Positions 1-11,231 of a stretch of 32,000 nucleotides of DNA are shown in pieces. The notes beneath the pieces were generated by a model. That model saw only the letters and a program-made list of their open reading frames with translations. It ran no database searches and had not been told where the DNA came from. Source of the stretch: Candidatus Moranella endobia PCIT (lineage in GTDB: Bacteria > Pseudomonadota > Gammaproteobacteria > Enterobacterales > Enterobacteriaceae). Where the stretch lies: the NCBI RefSeq assembly GCF_000219175.1, contig NC_015735.1, positions 450,001 to 482,000 on the forward strand, read 5' to 3'. Numbering within the stretch: position 1 is the first letter of the stretch; every line of letters begins with the position of its first letter. The position numbers and the translations under genes are program-made.

Positions 1-2
1 AG

Positions 3-188
3 GCTACTACCTCTCGTATCGGCGAACATCAATTGTTTTACTGCCGACAGCGCGGTATCAGCAAAGATGATGCTATTTCGCTGATAGTTAATGGATTTTG
101 TAAGGAAGTTTTCTCAGAACTACCGCTGGAGTTTGCGGTGGAAGCACAAAAATTACTGGCTATTAACCTTACACACAGCGTGGGCTGA
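3..188 (+). CDS. sufB: SufB, Fe-S cluster scaffold complex subunit, C-terminal end (gene truncated by window start)
   Basis: Manual translation from base 3: [61 protein letters not shown], typical SufB C-terminus, directly upstream of sufC. The listed ORF 38..232 is in a different frame and spurious. Confidence 0.95.
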   Translation, partial: ATTSRIGEHQLFYCRQRGISKDDAISLIVNGFCKEVFSELPLEFAVEAQKLLAINLTHSVG

Positions 189-244
189 AGTTGCCGAACC
201 TTGTTTGCGGCTGCTGCTACAGGCAAGGTCAAGAGAAATGAGAC

Positions 245-985
245 ATGTTATCGATTAAAGATCTTAACGTCAGTGTAAAAAACAACGTTATTCTCAATAG
301 ATTGAATCTAGAAGTAAAATTAGGTGAAGTGCATGCCATCATGGGGCCGAACGGTTCCGGTAAGAGTACCCTGGCCACTACTCTAGCAGGAAGTGAAGAT
401 TATGACGTAACATCCGGACAGGTTTTGTTCAAAGGCTGCAATTTACTGGAGCTAGAACCGGAAGAACGGGCCGGTAAAGGAGTTTTCATGGCTTTTCAAT
501 ATCCGTTAGAAATTCCCGGTGTCAGTAATCAGTTTTTCCTGCAAACTGCAGTCAATGCCGTACGTAAATACCGCAAGCAGTCGCCATTGGACCGCTTCGA
601 TTTTGCTGATTTCATAAACACCAAAATTGCACTGCTGCACATACCTGCTGACCTACTAACCAGATCAGTCAACGTAGGGTTTTCCGGCGGTGAGAAAAAA
701 AGTAATGATATTCTGCAAATGGTCGCGTTGGAGCCTGATTTGTGTATTCTGGACGAAACAGACTCAGGTCTAGATATCGATGCGCTGAAAATGGTCACTC
801 ATGGGGTTAATACCCTGCAAAATGGCGAACGTTCCTTTATTATTGTTACGCACTATCAGCGTATTCTTGATTACATTCAACCCGATTATGTCCATGTTAT
901 GAATCAGGGCCGAATTGTACAATCAGGTGATTTTTCTCTGGTAAAAAAGATTGAGGAACAAGGCTATGGCTGGCTTACTAAATAA
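245..985 (+). CDS. sufC: SufC, Fe-S assembly ATPase
   Basis: Walker A GPNGSGKST, NVGFSGGEKKSNDILQM signature, ILDETDSGLDIDAL Walker B; suf operon context. Confidence 0.98.
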   Translation: MLSIKDLNVSVKNNVILNRLNLEVKLGEVHAIMGPNGSGKSTLATTLAGSEDYDVTSGQVLFKGCNLLELEPEERAGKGVFMAFQYPLEIPGVSNQFFLQTAVNAVRKYRKQSPLDRFDFADFINTKIALLHIPADLLTRSVNVGFSGGEKKSNDILQMVALEPDLCILDETDSGLDIDALKMVTHGVNTLQNGERSFIIVTHYQRILDYIQPDYVHVMNQGRIVQSGDFSLVKKIEEQGYGWLTK

Positions 986-2279
986 ACGCAACAATAGTCG
1001 TAGTAATATTAGTAGTAATACTGCCGCACTTACACAGTGGCGCCAACTTTTTTTCGACCATAACTGTTCACCATTCACCGATAAATATGCGCATTGGCAG
1101 GATGTTGAACGCCTAGGTCTACCCAACGGTCAACATGAGCATTGGAAATACACCCCGCTTGACGGGCTACTTGCTCATAGTTTTACCCCCGCCACTACTA
1201 GTTTGGTATCTATCGATGACCTTGATGAGCTTAGTCTGAAGATAGATGCCTGCCGTCTAGTTTTTATCAATGGCAGTTTTGCCCCAACACTTAGTGATAG
1301 CCATACTGGCATATGGCAAGTAGAGGTCGAGAAGGGAGCAGCTAGGAGGTCACTGCCTGTCCCTATTCAGCCTGATATGTTCTTACATTTAACCGAAAGT
1401 CTGAGCCAGGAAACCACTAATATCCGCCTACCAGCTGGTATGGTGGCGCAACGTCCATTATATTTACTGCATCTTAGTCAGGGTAGCGATGATCAAGCCA
1501 ATCTTAGTACGGTGCATTACCGCCATCATCTTGAGGTGGGGGCCAACTCACAGTGTCAGGTTATTGAACATTTTGTTAGCATAAACGCCCACGGTCATTT
1601 CAGCGGGGCACGAATGTCAATGGCGGTCGACGCCAACGCCCACCTAAGCCATATCAAATTAGCCTTTGAAAGTCGCGCTAGCTACCATTTTGGTCATAAC
1701 GATATTAGCGTTGACCGAGCTGCTGTGGTACGCAGTAGTACGTTTATTTTAGGTGCTGGTTTAACCCGACATCAAACTAGTGCGCAGCTAAACGGCGAAG
1801 GTGCTAATATTGCAATAAACAGTTTGTTGCTACCTTCGGCGGCAGATATCAGCGATACCCGCACCTACCTTGAACACAACCAGGGCCATTGCTTTAGCCG
1901 CCAGCTGCACAAGGTAATCGCGCGCGACCATGGTAAGGGTGTGTGCAATGGATTGATTAAAGTGGCGAAAAATGCGCTCAAGACCGACGGTAAAATGACC
2001 AATAATAATCTGCTGCTAGACCGAATGACGGAGGTAGCTACCCAACCCAAACTTGAAATTTATGCCGATGATGTGAAGTGCAGCCATGGCGCCACCGTCG
2101 GACGAATTGATGAGGAGCAGATTTTTTATCTCCGTTCGCGTGGTATTGCCCGCAAGGAAGCTAAGCAGATGATCATTTATGCTTTTGCAGCGGAAGTTAC
2201 CGACAGGATTTGTAACGATGTGGTACGTGACACGGTGCTAACGCGCATCGTAGCTGCTTTGCAGGGGATCATGGCATGA
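966..2279 (+). CDS. sufD: SufD, Fe-S assembly protein
   Basis: ORF 951..2279; likely start MAGLLN at 966, overlapping sufC as in E. coli. C-terminal [25 protein letters not shown] motif. Confidence 0.96.
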   Translation: MAGLLNKRNNSRSNISSNTAALTQWRQLFFDHNCSPFTDKYAHWQDVERLGLPNGQHEHWKYTPLDGLLAHSFTPATTSLVSIDDLDELSLKIDACRLVFINGSFAPTLSDSHTGIWQVEVEKGAARRSLPVPIQPDMFLHLTESLSQETTNIRLPAGMVAQRPLYLLHLSQGSDDQANLSTVHYRHHLEVGANSQCQVIEHFVSINAHGHFSGARMSMAVDANAHLSHIKLAFESRASYHFGHNDISVDRAAVVRSSTFILGAGLTRHQTSAQLNGEGANIAINSLLLPSAADISDTRTYLEHNQGHCFSRQLHKVIARDHGKGVCNGLIKVAKNALKTDGKMTNNNLLLDRMTEVATQPKLEIYADDVKCSHGATVGRIDEEQIFYLRSRGIARKEAKQMIIYAFAAEVTDRICNDVVRDTVLTRIVAALQGIMA

Positions 2280-3499
2280 CCTATCCCATTGTGCGGATCC
2301 GGGCTGATTTTCCTATTCTGGCGCGTCAGGTGAATAATCGTCTGCTTACCTATCTCGATAGCGCGACTAGCGCACAAAAACCTAACGCTGTTATCAACTG
2401 TGAAATTGATTATTATCGCCACGGATATGCTGCGGTACACCGGGGTATTCATACTTTAAGCAATGAAGTTACAACCCGCATGGAAAACGTGCGTAAACAA
2501 GTGGCGCGTTTTATTAACGCAGCGTCGGCAGACGAAATTGTTTTCGTAAAAGGTTCCACCGAAGGCATAAATCTGGTCGCTAATAGCTGGGGGCAGCATA
2601 ACATGGGGCCTGGCGATAATATCGTTATCACCGAGATGGAGCATCATGCCAATCTTGTTCCATGGCAAGTACTGACGGAGGGAAAGCAGTTGTCGCTGCG
2701 CTACATTCCTGTGTTGCCCGACGGTACGCTAGATATTTCCCGACTGCCAACGCTGATTGATGAGCGCACCCGGCTGTGCGCCGTCACTCAAATATCCAAT
2801 GTACTCGGCACAAGTAATCCGCTGCCTGAAATTATTGCTCAGGTGCGCGCGGCCAGCGAAGCAGTAGTGCTAGTTGACGGGGCGCAGGGCATCATGCATC
2901 AGAAGGTGGACGTGCAGGCACTAGACTGCGATTTTTATGTATTCTCAGGCCATAAAATATATGGCCCATCTGGTATTGGTATTCTTTACGCTAAAAAAGC
3001 GCTGCTCGATGCCATGCCGCCATGGGAAGTGGGTGGTTCCATGATTCGTACCGTCAGCCTGACCGAGGGCATCACCTTTAACGATGCACCTTGGCGTTTC
3101 GAAGCTGGTTCTCCTAATACCGCAGGTATGGTTGGTCTGGGCGCCGCTATAGCATATGTTGAGCAGGTGGGACTTGACAACATTCAATGCTATGAGCATG
3201 ATTTGATGCACTATATGATCGAAGCGTTGCAGCAAGTGCCGAATCTGACGCTGTACGGACCGGATAATCGCACTGGCGTTATCGCTTTTAATTTGGGACA
3301 GCATCATGCCTATGATGTTGGCAGTTTTCTAGACCAATACGGCATCGCTATCCGTACTGGCCACCATTGCGCCATGCCACTGATGGCTTATTTTCAGGTA
3401 GCCAGTATGTGCCGTGCGTCTATTGCTATGTACACAGACCAGTATGATATAGACCGGCTGTTGGCCGGTCTGTTGAGAGTGCAACGTTTGCTAGGCTAG
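2276..3499 (+). CDS. sufS: SufS, cysteine desulfurase
   Basis: PLP-lysine region [17 protein letters not shown]; active-site Cys region [14 protein letters not shown]; 4-bp overlap with sufD. Confidence 0.98.
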   Translation: MTYPIVRIRADFPILARQVNNRLLTYLDSATSAQKPNAVINCEIDYYRHGYAAVHRGIHTLSNEVTTRMENVRKQVARFINAASADEIVFVKGSTEGINLVANSWGQHNMGPGDNIVITEMEHHANLVPWQVLTEGKQLSLRYIPVLPDGTLDISRLPTLIDERTRLCAVTQISNVLGTSNPLPEIIAQVRAASEAVVLVDGAQGIMHQKVDVQALDCDFYVFSGHKIYGPSGIGILYAKKALLDAMPPWEVGGSMIRTVSLTEGITFNDAPWRFEAGSPNTAGMVGLGAAIAYVEQVGLDNIQCYEHDLMHYMIEALQQVPNLTLYGPDNRTGVIAFNLGQHHAYDVGSFLDQYGIAIRTGHHCAMPLMAYFQVASMCRASIAMYTDQYDIDRLLAGLLRVQRLLG

Positions 3500-3508
3500 T
3501 AGGAAAAG

Positions 3509-3922
3509 ATGGTGAAGCTACCTAATAAAGCTATATTTATGCACAATTTTTCTCGCTGCAACAATTGGGAAGAAAAATACTTGTATCTCATCGAACTTGG
3601 TGGCCAGTTACCACCGTTTGTTGGCATACGCAATCATGCTCATCTTATAGCTGGCTGTCAAAGCCGCGTATGGATTTTAATGGCGTTCGATGATCATGGT
3701 AACATCAAACTGCATGGTGACAGCGATGCAGCCATTGTAAAGGGTCTGATTGCCGTGTTGTTTATTCTTTATCAAGGGATGACGCCAGCTGAAATTATTA
3801 ACTATGATGTACAGCTATTTTTAGAGAAGCTAGCGCTAACTACGCACTTAACTTTGTTCCGGGCGCAGGGACTGGAAGCAATGGTGCGGGATATTCGCGC
3901 CCAGGCAGCGGCGCAGCTGTAA
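3509..3922 (+). CDS. sufE: SufE, sulfur acceptor protein
   Basis: [25 protein letters not shown] (active-site Cys), [26 protein letters not shown]. Confidence 0.97.
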   Translation: MVKLPNKAIFMHNFSRCNNWEEKYLYLIELGGQLPPFVGIRNHAHLIAGCQSRVWILMAFDDHGNIKLHGDSDAAIVKGLIAVLFILYQGMTPAEIINYDVQLFLEKLALTTHLTLFRAQGLEAMVRDIRAQAAAQL

Positions 3923-4036
3923 TACTTAACGTGATTATATATGTTGTATGTGACGCAGATAGATCAATCATACTTCTTCAGTCATCAGATCACCGTAGGC
4001 TCATCGGCGGCTACAACAAACAACACATAACATGGA

Positions 4037-4672
4037 TTAGTTACGCGCTAAGAACGGATTAGTATGGCGCTCGTGGCCAATAGTGGACATTGGACCATGT
4101 CCTGGTAGAAAAGTAATGTCATCTGCTAACGGCAGAAGTTGATAATTAATTGAATGCATCAATGTAGCAAGATCGCCTCCTGGTAGGTCAGTTCGGCCAA
4201 TACTGCCATTAAACAACACGTCTCCCATTAAAATGAATTTTGCCAATTTATTCCAGAACACCACATGCCCCGGAGAATGGCCGGGACAGTGTAGTACCTC
4301 GAACGATAACTTACCAACACTAACCTTGGCGCCATCCGTTAACCATCGATCAGGTATCAATGGCTGGATACGTTCTATGCCAAACATTTGACACTGACCG
4401 GGGATACTAGCCATTAGTGTTTCATCGTCGCGATGAGAACCTATAATAGGTACATGATAAAAAGCTGCTAATTCGTTAGCAGCGCCTACATGATCAAGAT
4501 GGCCGTGAGTAAGCCATATTTCTTTTACCGTCACCCCTTGTGCCGCCACTTCTTGACGTAACCAATTTGCGTCGCCGCCAGGATCCACTAGCGCTGCTTC
4601 TCCAACTTGCTCGCACCAAACTAAAGAACAATTTTGGCGAAATTTTGTGACCGGCATAATGTGATATTTCAT
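4037..4672 (-). CDS. gloC: GloC (YcbL)-type hydroxyacylglutathione hydrolase, metallo-beta-lactamase fold
   Basis: THGHLDHVG metal-binding motif, LHCPGHSPGHVVF, FLPGHGPMSTIGHER; resembles E. coli YcbL. Confidence 0.92.
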   Translation of the reverse strand: MKYHIMPVTKFRQNCSLVWCEQVGEAALVDPGGDANWLRQEVAAQGVTVKEIWLTHGHLDHVGAANELAAFYHVPIIGSHRDDETLMASIPGQCQMFGIERIQPLIPDRWLTDGAKVSVGKLSFEVLHCPGHSPGHVVFWNKLAKFILMGDVLFNGSIGRTDLPGGDLATLMHSINYQLLPLADDITFLPGHGPMSTIGHERHTNPFLARN

Positions 4673-4714
4673 GCTTAATCCTGTCTTAAAGTTTGCGTCA
4701 TATTATCATCATCA

Positions 4715-4890
4715 CTTGTAATCACCGACCGCGACATCATGGATATTTTATCCATACCACAATACTCGCAGCGGTTCGAGAAGTACTATCCGTTCAAGCG
4801 GACTAGTAGCGCTACCGCATAATTAAGATAGCTTCCCGTTAGTAGTAAACCAACACATCCAACTTGCAAAGTTATCAGTTAATGGATAGT
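4715..4890 (-). pseudogene. kdsB: Remnant of kdsB (CMP-Kdo synthetase), C-terminal part only
   Basis: Minus-strand bases 4805..4752 translate to SPLERIVLLEPLRVLWYG followed by TAA; the E. coli KdsB C-terminus is [29 protein letters not shown]. The adjacent frame continues KNIHDVAVG. A weaker DNF...Y match lies upstream. Located downstream of lpxK as in enterics (msbA-lpxK-ycaQ-ycaR-kdsB). Outer boundaries approximate. Confidence 0.8.
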
Positions 4891-5009
4891 AATTTTAAAA
4901 GCTAGCAAATAGAAGTTTACCCCTACAGCGATTAACAACATCATGGTTATTCTCTCTAATTTGCAATTCTATAGTTGAAATATTATGCTGCGAATTTATG
5001 AGTGATATT

Positions 5010-6017
5010 TTATTTGCCCCCTTCTGCCTCTGACTGGTAGTGCCGGATGGACTGCTCAACTTGCATCAGCAAAAATTGTTCCGCGTCTGCTGGTAGAAGC
5101 GCGTATACTGGTAAATACCACCAATTATCGCGCGCAAATGAGTAGCATTTTACTGCGTCCTTCTCGGTCATGAGCAAATATTCATCAGGTGTAGCCAACT
5201 TTTCGAGCATGTGCTGCCTATAGGCTTGATGATCACTGAACGCAAATTCCCTTGCGGGAATCACGCCTCTCGCGCGGAGAGTGGCAAAAAAACGCGCCGG
5301 ATTACCAATCCCGGCCATAGCTACCATCGGCGTTAAGCCTGTGATAGCGCGATGTTCTCCGCTCAGCAAATGTACAGCAGCACCGGCTTCCAGGCGCATC
5401 GGTACTTCACCAGAACGAGTATCACCACCGTTGACGATGACCGCCTGTACCTGCCGCAAGCGCTTAGCTCGTTCGCGCATAGGACCTGCTGGTAGCAACC
5501 AGCCGTTGCCGAATCTACGTTCACCGTCAATGACTACCCACTCTATATCCCGCCCTAAAGCATAATGCTGCAAACCGTCATCAGTAATAACCACGTCCAG
5601 TGGCTGTGCGCGCAGCAGCGCTGCTGCCGCTGCAGTGCGCTGGGGTGCAACCGCTACCGGTACTCCTGTGCGCTGCCAAATTAAAAAAGGTTCATCACCG
5701 CACTGTTCGCTAGTACTGCTAACATCTAGCAGCAACGGGTAATGCGCCGAGCGCCCACCGTAGCCACGCGCTATTACACCGACCTGCCAACCACGCTGCT
5801 GTAATTTTGTCACTAGCCACAGCACTAATGGTGTTTTGCCGTTCCCACCAGCGGTTAGATTGCCCACTACCACAATCGGCAACGGAAAATGATGAACTGT
5901 ACGCCAACCGCGTCGATAAATGTAGCGAATAATCGCTGTTATCAGCCCATACAGCCAGGACAATGGTAATAATACAATAGAAATCGGCGATACACCGGAC
6001 CAAATGCTGGTAATCAT
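5010..6017 (-). CDS. lpxK: LpxK, tetraacyldisaccharide 4'-kinase
   Basis: [52 protein letters not shown]; 4-bp overlap with msbA. Confidence 0.97.
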   Translation of the reverse strand: MITSIWSGVSPISIVLLPLSWLYGLITAIIRYIYRRGWRTVHHFPLPIVVVGNLTAGGNGKTPLVLWLVTKLQQRGWQVGVIARGYGGRSAHYPLLLDVSSTSEQCGDEPFLIWQRTGVPVAVAPQRTAAAAALLRAQPLDVVITDDGLQHYALGRDIEWVVIDGERRFGNGWLLPAGPMRERAKRLRQVQAVIVNGGDTRSGEVPMRLEAGAAVHLLSGEHRAITGLTPMVAMAGIGNPARFFATLRARGVIPAREFAFSDHQAYRQHMLEKLATPDEYLLMTEKDAVKCYSFARDNWWYLPVYALLPADAEQFLLMQVEQSIRHYQSEAEGGK

Positions 6018-7804
6018 TTACCCACCTGTAAACGGTGTAACTGGTAGTAAACCCCATGGCCCGCAATCAGTTCGTCATGATTACCGCGCTCAACAATCCT
6101 GCCATCCTCAACCACTAGAATTTCATCAGCTTTTTCAATTGTGGACAAACGATGGGCGATCACCAGTGATGTCCTATTTTTTTGCACAGCATCCAGCGCT
6201 TTTTGGATTGTTCGTTCAGATTCAGTATCAAGCGCCGAGGTTGCTTCATCTAGGATAAGAATTGGGCAATCGCGCAGCAGAGCGCGCGCGATAGCGATGC
6301 GTTGACGCTGACCGCCGGAGAGTATGACACCGTTTTCGCCTATTACTGTGTCAAGACCCATTTTCATGTTCTCGATGAACTCCATTGCGTAGGCCATGCG
6401 AGCTGCGTTTTCGACCTGCTCACGAGAATAGTTTGCCTGGCGGGCATAAGCGATATTGTTAGCGATAGTATCATTAAATAAATGCACGGTTTGGGAAACC
6501 AACGCAACTTGGTTACGCAGCGATACTAGCTTATAGGCACGCAAATCGATCCTATCGAGTAGAATTTTGCCTTGTTGTATATCGTAAAAACGAGTTAACA
6601 AATGTGCGATAGTAGATTTACCGGAGCCGGAGCGGCCCACCAGCGCCACGGTATTACCCGCTGGGATGGTTAAGCTGATATCTCGTAGCGATGGTGTCTC
6701 TGTGCCCGTATAGGAAAAGGTAACATGTTCAAAGACGATCTCACCTTGAACGCGTTCAACTTCTACCGTACCCTCATCTTTTTCTATTTCCATATCGAAA
6801 ATAGAAAATAACGTCTGGCAAGCAGCAATACCTCGTTGGAACTGGGTATTGACGTTATTAAGAGCTTTTAGCGGTCGCATCAGGGCCATCATGGAAGAAA
6901 AGACAACAGTAATAGTACCAGCGGTCAAGGTTTCCATGACCGCTGGTAAACTGGCAGTATACAGAACAAAAGCAAGCGCAAGAGAGATGATCAACTGCAT
7001 CAGCGGATCGGAGAGCGATGAGGTAGCCACCATTTTCATTTCCTGTTGACGCATGTGGTTACTGACACTGTTAAAATGCTCTTTTTCTAACTTTTTGCCG
7101 CCAAAAATCAGTACTTCCTTATGCCCTTTAAGCATTTGCTCCGCGCTGTTTGCAACCTGCCCCATGGTATTTTGCATTTTTTTGCTGATCTGACGGTATC
7201 TTTTAGATACCTGCCGGATAGCCAAAGATACCACTGGTATGATCAGAACCAAAATTAGCGACAGTTGCCAATTATGATAGAACATCATCGTGAACAGCCC
7301 GATGATAGATGACCCTTCACGAATTACCGTAATCAACGCGTCAGCGGAAGATTCAGCTATCTGTTCAGCATCATAGGTGATACGCGAAAGCAAGGTACCT
7401 GTAGACTGCTGATCGAAAAAAGATACTGGCATATCAATAATATGATTGAACAGCAGGCGGCGCATGTCCATCACCACTTTACCCGAGACCCAGGATACGC
7501 AATAGTTGGAAATAAAGCCACTTACGCCGCGCAGCAACATCAGGCCAATCACCACCAGCGATATCCAGACAAGAATGTAGGTGCTAGTAGTTTGACCAAA
7601 TCCGTCATCCAGGAGCGGTTTTAATAGCGATAACATAAAGGTATCGCTGGAGGCATTGAGTATAAGGGCAATAGTCGCAACAATCAGACCTATCTTGAAA
7701 GGTGAGATCATCGGCCATAGGCGACGGAAGGTCTGCCAGGTTGATAGATCTTTATTGTTTAGCATGCATTTCAGTGTCCAAACTATAGCGGTTAATTGTA
7801 CCAA
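6014..7804 (-). CDS. msbA: MsbA, lipid A export ABC transporter permease/ATPase
   Basis: N-terminal TM exporter domain, Walker [43 protein letters not shown]. Confidence 0.98.
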   Translation of the reverse strand: MVQLTAIVWTLKCMLNNKDLSTWQTFRRLWPMISPFKIGLIVATIALILNASSDTFMLSLLKPLLDDGFGQTTSTYILVWISLVVIGLMLLRGVSGFISNYCVSWVSGKVVMDMRRLLFNHIIDMPVSFFDQQSTGTLLSRITYDAEQIAESSADALITVIREGSSIIGLFTMMFYHNWQLSLILVLIIPVVSLAIRQVSKRYRQISKKMQNTMGQVANSAEQMLKGHKEVLIFGGKKLEKEHFNSVSNHMRQQEMKMVATSSLSDPLMQLIISLALAFVLYTASLPAVMETLTAGTITVVFSSMMALMRPLKALNNVNTQFQRGIAACQTLFSIFDMEIEKDEGTVEVERVQGEIVFEHVTFSYTGTETPSLRDISLTIPAGNTVALVGRSGSGKSTIAHLLTRFYDIQQGKILLDRIDLRAYKLVSLRNQVALVSQTVHLFNDTIANNIAYARQANYSREQVENAARMAYAMEFIENMKMGLDTVIGENGVILSGGQRQRIAIARALLRDCPILILDEATSALDTESERTIQKALDAVQKNRTSLVIAHRLSTIEKADEILVVEDGRIVERGNHDELIAGHGVYYQLHRLQVGK

Positions 7805-7870
7805 GTTAAATTAACGATGCAAAAATACTCAAGAAACAATAACAAATTGTGATGCCTACAAAGAGCATCA

Positions 7871-8386
7871 TCATCTGGTGGTCTCTTTTAATAGACCTAC
7901 TGTAAGATTGCGCGCCGTATAAATTACGGTACCGTCACATATTAATTCACCGTCAGCTATACCCATCACAAGTTTTCGGTTAAGCACGCGGCGAAAATTA
8001 ATACGGTAAGTAACTTTTTTTGCGCTTGGCAAAATCTGCCCGGCGAAGTTAACTTTACCTACGCCAAGCGCGCGTCCTTTGCCTTCGCCGCCAAGCCAGC
8101 CTAAATAGAAACCAATTAACTGCCACATAGCTTCCAGCCCCAAACAACCAGGCATCACAGGGTCACGAATAAAATGACAGCCGAAGAACCACATATTAGG
8201 TTGAATATCTTGTTCCGCTTCTACAAAGCCTTTATTGTAATAGCCGCCATCTTCGTTCATTTTGACCACCCTGTCTATCATCAGCATATTAGGTGCAGGC
8301 AATTGAGGGCCCTTTTCTCCAAAAAGTTCACCACGGCTGGAAGCCAGCAGATCTTCTTTAGTATACACTTCGCATTTATCTACCAT
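7871..8386 (-). CDS. fabA: FabA, 3-hydroxyacyl-ACP dehydratase/isomerase
   Basis: [44 protein letters not shown]...[16 protein letters not shown]; adjacent to ycbZ/lonH as in E. coli. Confidence 0.97.
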   Translation of the reverse strand: MVDKCEVYTKEDLLASSRGELFGEKGPQLPAPNMLMIDRVVKMNEDGGYYNKGFVEAEQDIQPNMWFFGCHFIRDPVMPGCLGLEAMWQLIGFYLGWLGGEGKGRALGVGKVNFAGQILPSAKKVTYRINFRRVLNRKLVMGIADGELICDGTVIYTARNLTVGLLKETTR

Positions 8387-8442
8387 ATTTCTCTAAACCT
8401 TATTATTGAGTACAGCAATCAAATGTACCGACATACAGGCAG

Positions 8443-10206
8443 CTAGTCATTCCTTGCTCGCTGGTTAAACCAGTTTAACCAGCGGAAGCACCAGGGCAAA
8501 AGTTTTTGTTCGCGCAGATAAAAATTAGAGATACGTGCACGGATAGCAGCTAGCAGATTTGGCAGATGGTCATTATCAAAAGACATTGCGGTCAGAATTT
8601 CCAACGTGTCATCAATAGTATCAACCGCCCATAGGGAAAATTGTCCCTCACTAACCGCCTCGATAACATCGTCATGCAAGCATAGGTGGCGTACATTTGC
8701 TGTTGGCAGTATAACTCCTTGAGCACCGGTCAACGCGCGCGCCTGGCAAAAGGCAAAAAAGCCTTCTATTTTTTCATTGACCCCACCGATTGGCTGTACG
8801 TGGCCAAATTGATCAACCGAGCCGGTGACAGCTATTTGTTGATTGATAGGTTTATCCGCCAGCGCACTAATAAGCGCTACCCCTTCCGCCAAAGAAGCGC
8901 TGTCTCCGTCAACTTCGCCATAAGACTGCTCGAATACCAGTGAGGCGGAGAAAGGCAGCTGTTGGTCAAGCTTAAGTGCTGACATTAAAAATGCTTGAAT
9001 GATTAGCATGCCCTTAGTGTGAAGATTGCCGCCAAGTTCAGCTTTGTGTTCGACGTCGTTGATTTCGCCATCGCCAACATGTACTACGCAGCTAATGCGA
9101 GATGGTTCGCAGAACGGTAGCGGGTGGCCAGGGAAATCCAACAACGACAGGGCATTGACTTGGCCGACTACATGTCCTTCATTTTCCAACATAATTTGGC
9201 TGGCGACGATCTCATATTGCATGCGCTCGCTGAGATAACTCTCTCGCCAGCTACGTTTTTGCTCACTATCGGTAAACGCAGTGGCGGTAAGCTGCTCATG
9301 TTTTGAGCCATAATACATCGCCGCCTCTTTCAGGCGTCGGCTGAGCCAATGTGGACACAAAGGCAGCTGATAATGATCGCCGCTATAGCGGATTGCTTGT
9401 CGTACAAGCACCGGCCACGCATCTGCACTCAATAGCGGTAATCCATGTTGCTGTGCTAAGGTGTTAACCCATGAGCACCATTTTGCCATCTTATCTGGGC
9501 CAATTATGCATAATTCTGACTCAAATTCGCCATACATTGCGAAACTGGTAAGTTCTGGTTCTATAGCATTAAGATCAGCTAAACCTGCACGATTGCCGAC
9601 TACAATCAGCCGTAAGTTCAGCGGTATCGACGGTACGGCTACCGGTAATGGACGGCTGGTGTTTTCCGGCAACCAATCGAAGCGCTGCTGCAAGATCATA
9701 TGCTTTAGTCGTAGCCATAGCACAGGCTGGCGTACCAACGCGCGTACGCCAACGATGAGGATGCCACCGTTAGCGCGGTGCACCAGGCCTGGTTGCAAAT
9801 ATAACACATCGCGATAGAAGCGCAGCGCGCCAAATAGCTGCTCATATTCAACCAAAGACTGCCATACGCAGGAAGCACGATCCATATTGGTCGCCGGCTG
9901 TGTGCTAACGCCTATATCGGCAACGAGATGGCGGCTACTAACATTTTGACTCGAAGCATCAAGAATCTGTTTAACCGTCTCAGCAATTAGCTGAAAATAA
10001 TCATTATTCTCTTGTGCCGTCAGAAGCATAAATCGACTAGGCGAGCGTGATGAATTACAAAATTGCATCAATCCGTCCATAAGACGGGCCTGCAGCATGG
10101 CCAAAGGGGCTGATAGAGGCGGATAGGGTTGGTTAAATATTGCTGCGAAACAGGCAAGATCGGGCAGCAAATCTGTCCCTTTTAACTTGTTTTTATTGGT
10201 CAACAT
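8443..10206 (-). CDS. lonH: LonH (YcbZ), Lon-family protease homologue
   Basis: ORF 8443..10242, likely start at 10206 (MLTNKNKLKGTDLLPDL). Ser/Lys protease region VDGDSASLAEGVAL...GGVNEKIEGFF; similar to E. coli YcbZ throughout; synteny with fabA. Confidence 0.93.
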   Translation of the reverse strand: MLTNKNKLKGTDLLPDLACFAAIFNQPYPPLSAPLAMLQARLMDGLMQFCNSSRSPSRFMLLTAQENNDYFQLIAETVKQILDASSQNVSSRHLVADIGVSTQPATNMDRASCVWQSLVEYEQLFGALRFYRDVLYLQPGLVHRANGGILIVGVRALVRQPVLWLRLKHMILQQRFDWLPENTSRPLPVAVPSIPLNLRLIVVGNRAGLADLNAIEPELTSFAMYGEFESELCIIGPDKMAKWCSWVNTLAQQHGLPLLSADAWPVLVRQAIRYSGDHYQLPLCPHWLSRRLKEAAMYYGSKHEQLTATAFTDSEQKRSWRESYLSERMQYEIVASQIMLENEGHVVGQVNALSLLDFPGHPLPFCEPSRISCVVHVGDGEINDVEHKAELGGNLHTKGMLIIQAFLMSALKLDQQLPFSASLVFEQSYGEVDGDSASLAEGVALISALADKPINQQIAVTGSVDQFGHVQPIGGVNEKIEGFFAFCQARALTGAQGVILPTANVRHLCLHDDVIEAVSEGQFSLWAVDTIDDTLEILTAMSFDNDHLPNLLAAIRARISNFYLREQKLLPWCFRWLNWFNQRARND

Positions 10207-10454
10207 TATACGTCGCTGTTTGGTTAACTGCTGATTATACAAGAAAAGCGTATTCTTCTTTGCTGGTGTTACATACCTGCGGCATCGTTGTAGCCACTTT
10301 TCTACGTGAACGTCATTAGTCTAGTAAGCTGCAATGAAGTTTTTTATTAAAACTCATTTGAGTCAGGCTTAATTTATAGCTCAATATATTAGTACAGTGT
10401 CGATATCAAGTGCTTTATAAGCTATTTATTCATGCACATAGTGATTATAATTGA

Positions 10455-10460
10455 TATAAT
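10455..10460 (+). promoter_or_regulatory. Candidate -10 box (TATAAT) upstream of fldA
   Basis: TTGATATAATTGG about 95 bp upstream of the fldA start; no convincing -35. Confidence 0.35.
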
Positions 10461-10554
10461 TGGAGATATCACCTAACCTTATTAAGTTAGCATCTAAACT
10501 TTGGTCAGCTTCCGGTTAATAAGTATGATTTCTCTTTAAGAGGTTTTGATATTT

Positions 10555-11070
10555 ATGGCTTATATAAGCATTGTTTTTGGTAGTGACACTGGTAATACCG
10601 AGAATATTGCCAAGATGCTCCAACAAAAACTCGGTACCGAGGTCGCTGATTTATTTGACATTGCTAACAGTAGCGAAAAAGATTTAGAACAGTACGATAG
10701 GTTGTTACTAGGTATTCCTACTTGGTATTACGGCGAAGCCCAGTGCGACTGGGATGATTTTTTTCCCCGGTTAGAAAACATTGATTTCAGCAGTAAGATG
10801 GTTGCTATTTTCGGTTGCGGAGATCAGGAAGATTATGCTGAGTATTTCTGCGATGCTATGGGTACATTACGGGATATAATTGAACCAAAAGGCGCTACCA
10901 TGGTCGGCCATTGGCCAACTTCTGGTTATCATTTTCATGCTTCAAAAGGTATGGTCGACGACGCTCACTTTATCGGTTTGGCCATTGATGAGGACCGGCA
11001 GCCAGAGCTAACTAGCGAGCGCGTAGATAACTGGATCAACCAAGTTCGTGTAGAAATGAATCTTAGTTAA
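10555..11070 (+). CDS. fldA: FldA, flavodoxin I
   Basis: FGSDTGNTENIAKMLQQKLG, GIPTWYYGEAQCDWDDFFP, FGCGDQEDYAEYFCDAMGTLRDIIEP. ATG at 10555 preferred over TTG 10546. Confidence 0.97.
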   Translation: MAYISIVFGSDTGNTENIAKMLQQKLGTEVADLFDIANSSEKDLEQYDRLLLGIPTWYYGEAQCDWDDFFPRLENIDFSSKMVAIFGCGDQEDYAEYFCDAMGTLRDIIEPKGATMVGHWPTSGYHFHASKGMVDDAHFIGLAIDEDRQPELTSERVDNWINQVRVEMNLS

Positions 11071-11231
11071 CGCTTGACCGACATACGGCCTCATAGCTCA
11101 GTCGCGCTACTTGGTATAATATCATACCATACATAGGTGGTCAGTAGCACTGTTATATGCTGTCTTGTTCACTACCATAGTAGCAACCACAGAAAATTTG
11201 TGTAATGCGCACCAATCAATATCAAGTGACC

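Noticed and set aside
38-232. ORF of 64 aa at the window start
   Set aside because: Overlaps the real sufB C-terminal frame (bases 3-188) in another frame; its product has no recognisable features.
4673-4714. TTCGA-like element near 4775 as a possible tRNA remnant between gloC and lpxK
   Set aside because: The same bases are better explained as the kdsB C-terminus on the minus strand.
10243-10545. Spacer between lonH and fldA as a possible degraded gene (matP or ybfE expected from enteric neighbourhoods)
   Set aside because: I could not recognise any MatP or YbfE segment in any frame; left as non-coding with a weak promoter candidate.
11095-11125. tRNA-like string TAGCTCAG followed by TGGTATAATATCATACCA
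   Set aside because: Only the D-loop-like octamer resembles a tRNA. No acceptor stem, anticodon arm or TpsiC arm could be found; the palindrome is short and AT-rich.
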